Shown here piece by piece: positions 62,230-64,000 of a stretch of 64,000 nt of DNA. Under the pieces are notes generated by a model. It saw nothing but the letters and a program-made list of their open reading frames with translations, searched no databases and was not told where the DNA came from. Source of the DNA: Candidatus Poribacteria bacterium. Lineage in GTDB: Bacteria > Poribacteria > WGA-4E > UBA9662. Every line of letters starts with the position of its first letter. Position 1 is the first letter of the stretch. The position numbers were made by a program, and so were the translations under genes. The stretch is from assembly GCA_046582655.1 (NCBI GenBank), contig JAYGDX010000068.1, positions 32,001 through 96,000 on the forward strand. The letters are read 5' to 3'.

Positions 62230-62547
62230 TCTAATAACTATGCTGGCCCATGCAAAACCACTGTTTGGCGCCAAAACTCTCCCCAGTTTCCGTTAGCAGA
62301 TAAATCACCCAATACATTGTCGAAAGCGATAAGTTGATGAGATTTTACTTTGATTTTCTCATTTTCGGGAATTCCTTGAATTATGTATCCGTCTATTTCG
62401 CTGGGAATGTGGGCTACAAGTTGCCAGTCAACTAATACAGGCTTTATCGCTTGGTTAGAGGTTGATCAACTAGATTGACATTAAGTCCGTATGGGTTTGA
62501 GGATACCAGAACGATACTCGTCTTTACACTATGAACAATATACCATA
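62230..62547 (-). pseudogene. Decayed zinc-ribbon/DUF2007-like small protein
   Basis: MVYCS*CKDEYRSGI...DWQLVAHIPSEIDGYIIQGIPENEKI...GNWGE, with stops and frameshifts. Confidence 0.55.
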
Positions 62548-62617
62548 ATTCCGCATCCTACCTCGAGGGTCATTCATCGAAATTATATCTCAAAATCGAA
62601 TTGGAAGGCTAAAACAG

Positions 62618-63862
62618 CTACTTGCCAAGAAGATCTAATAGGGCATTTGTTGTTATAGAACCGATCTGTGACCCAATCGACATGGATTTCTCGTACTCGT
62701 AAAGTTCCTTCTCATAATCCTCAGTAGCCAAGATATAACCAAGTTCATCATTAGCCAGCCCCAAAATGAAGTTGTAATCCGTTGTCATGCTGTTCTTAAT
62801 GCGAAAACCGAGTTTGGGTAAGACCTCACCGGGAAAGGTTGCAATCTGGGCATTCCCGATCTCAATTAGATGAACTTCGGTATGGATATTGCCGTTTACA
62901 GGCATTTCTTTCGGCAAGATACCCAAGTTCATAAGTGCTTGAAATTGTTGGTTTTCGAGGGGGATTTCAAGTGTTTTAAATGAGTGTTGGATTTTGGGAT
63001 TAACCTGCTTTTCGGCCGACTCAGCTGCTTCAACCGCTTTTTGGGCGACGATCCCACCAATTCGTTCAACTTCCTCAAAAGTGTTAAACTGATTGTTGGT
63101 TGTGATCATTCCTCCTAGGGCACCATTAATAAAAAGTGTTATTCCACCGATTTTTTCATCACATTCACGGTAAACGACACCTGGATATTCTGCTGTCAGC
63201 AACAGGCTGTCAGACCACATAATTTCAGGGTGTGCAGTAAAGTTTACCATTGTAGCTATCGTTTCTCCGTTGGTGCGGTCGACCTTGATTACTCCAAGTT
63301 CGCGATCGATTAAATCCGGTTCTCGTACATTTCGTGATACCCGATCTGATTCTTCTATTTGCGATGCTCCAAACGAGATTTCAGCAAGTTCGAGATTCTC
63401 GCTTGCGTCTTTAATAGCGGAAGCAATCTGGTTATAGAGAAAATCCGTGTAGTCTGGATCCACGCCAGAGTGGGATTCGCTCTCTCCCCAGAGCCCAATT
63501 GTGTCGGGACCAGAATGCTGATGTGTTGAGGTAATAATCACATTTTCAGCCGAGGATCCAATCAACGTGGCCCGATTTCGAATCTCAGCAATAGCAGAAG
63601 ACGTTAGGCCAATCAAGTCGGTAGATACAAATCCAACCCGTGTTTGGCCATCATCAAGAATCAGGCATCGTGCAAAAAGATCGTCATGAACGCCCTGACT
63701 CAAGCGATTGTTCCGCAATCCGGCAAGATAAGCGGAACTTTGAGGTGTAATAATTCGGCTGCTTGCCCCCGCTTGAAGCAACGCGGATGAACTCTGTGTA
63801 TTCAATAAAACTAAAGCGATCATAAGTGATGCAATGAATCCAGTTTGAGTCATTAATCCCAC
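62618..63862 (-). CDS. Neutral/alkaline ceramidase N-terminal-like secreted hydrolase
   Basis: GVHDDLFAR, STHQHSGPDT, NFTAHPE, FPGE, GLANDELGY. Confidence 0.8.
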   Translation of the reverse strand: MGLMTQTGFIASLMIALVLLNTQSSSALLQAGASSRIITPQSSAYLAGLRNNRLSQGVHDDLFARCLILDDGQTRVGFVSTDLIGLTSSAIAEIRNRATLIGSSAENVIITSTHQHSGPDTIGLWGESESHSGVDPDYTDFLYNQIASAIKDASENLELAEISFGASQIEESDRVSRNVREPDLIDRELGVIKVDRTNGETIATMVNFTAHPEIMWSDSLLLTAEYPGVVYRECDEKIGGITLFINGALGGMITTNNQFNTFEEVERIGGIVAQKAVEAAESAEKQVNPKIQHSFKTLEIPLENQQFQALMNLGILPKEMPVNGNIHTEVHLIEIGNAQIATFPGEVLPKLGFRIKNSMTTDYNFILGLANDELGYILATEDYEKELYEYEKSMSIGSQIGSITTNALLDLLGK

Positions 63863-64000
63863 CTTTGAGATTTAGATCTGTATCAACAATTCTGGAAGAA
63901 ACTTATGGATTTAAGATGTTGTCCTTCTCCGCGAAATTAGACCGTAAAGTCCAACTGGCAAACAGTAAATGAGTATAATAATATGCAAGCTGAATGCAGT

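Noticed and set aside
1..64000. CRISPR array, rRNA, prophage, integrase or anti-phage defence system
   Set aside because: No regularly spaced repeat-spacer array, no rRNA-like segment, and no recognisable cas, phage, integrase, nuclease or NTPase defence genes.

Overview
Bacterial chromosomal window with no CRISPR array, rRNA, prophage or intact transposase visible. The gene mix (LamG proteins ending in a KLxTxWGxxK tail, a FlgD-type C-terminal giant protein, a PorV-like barrel, sulfatases, PhyH, HEAT repeats) suggests Candidatus Poribacteria or a relative; this is inference. Left to right: a TPR protein, tRNA-Gly(CCC), a glpD relic, a 1601-aa secreted beta-helix protein operon ending in an atypical dnaJ, gltBD divergently transcribed from a highly diverged citrate synthase-icd-mdh operon, hydantoinase B, and an IS701 relic. 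Next is a ~14-kb catabolic cluster (PhyH, Gfo/Idh/MocA, deacetylase, epimerase, two sulfatases, phosphoesterase-propeller fusion, sugar ABC transporter) and a stretch rich in pseudogenes. The right end holds aroA-moaE, SRAP, a DUF4159 membrane protein, a vWA protein, TPR-PorV and a Wza-like gene. Top candidates for novelty: (1) a lone DNA sliding-clamp (DnaN domain I)-like domain fused via a TM helix to an external DUF4159 domain; (2) a shared C-terminal KLxTxWGxxK tail that may be a sorting signal; (3) the back-to-back promoters and structured leader linking 2-oxoglutarate supply to glutamate synthase. All family calls are by eye, from motifs.
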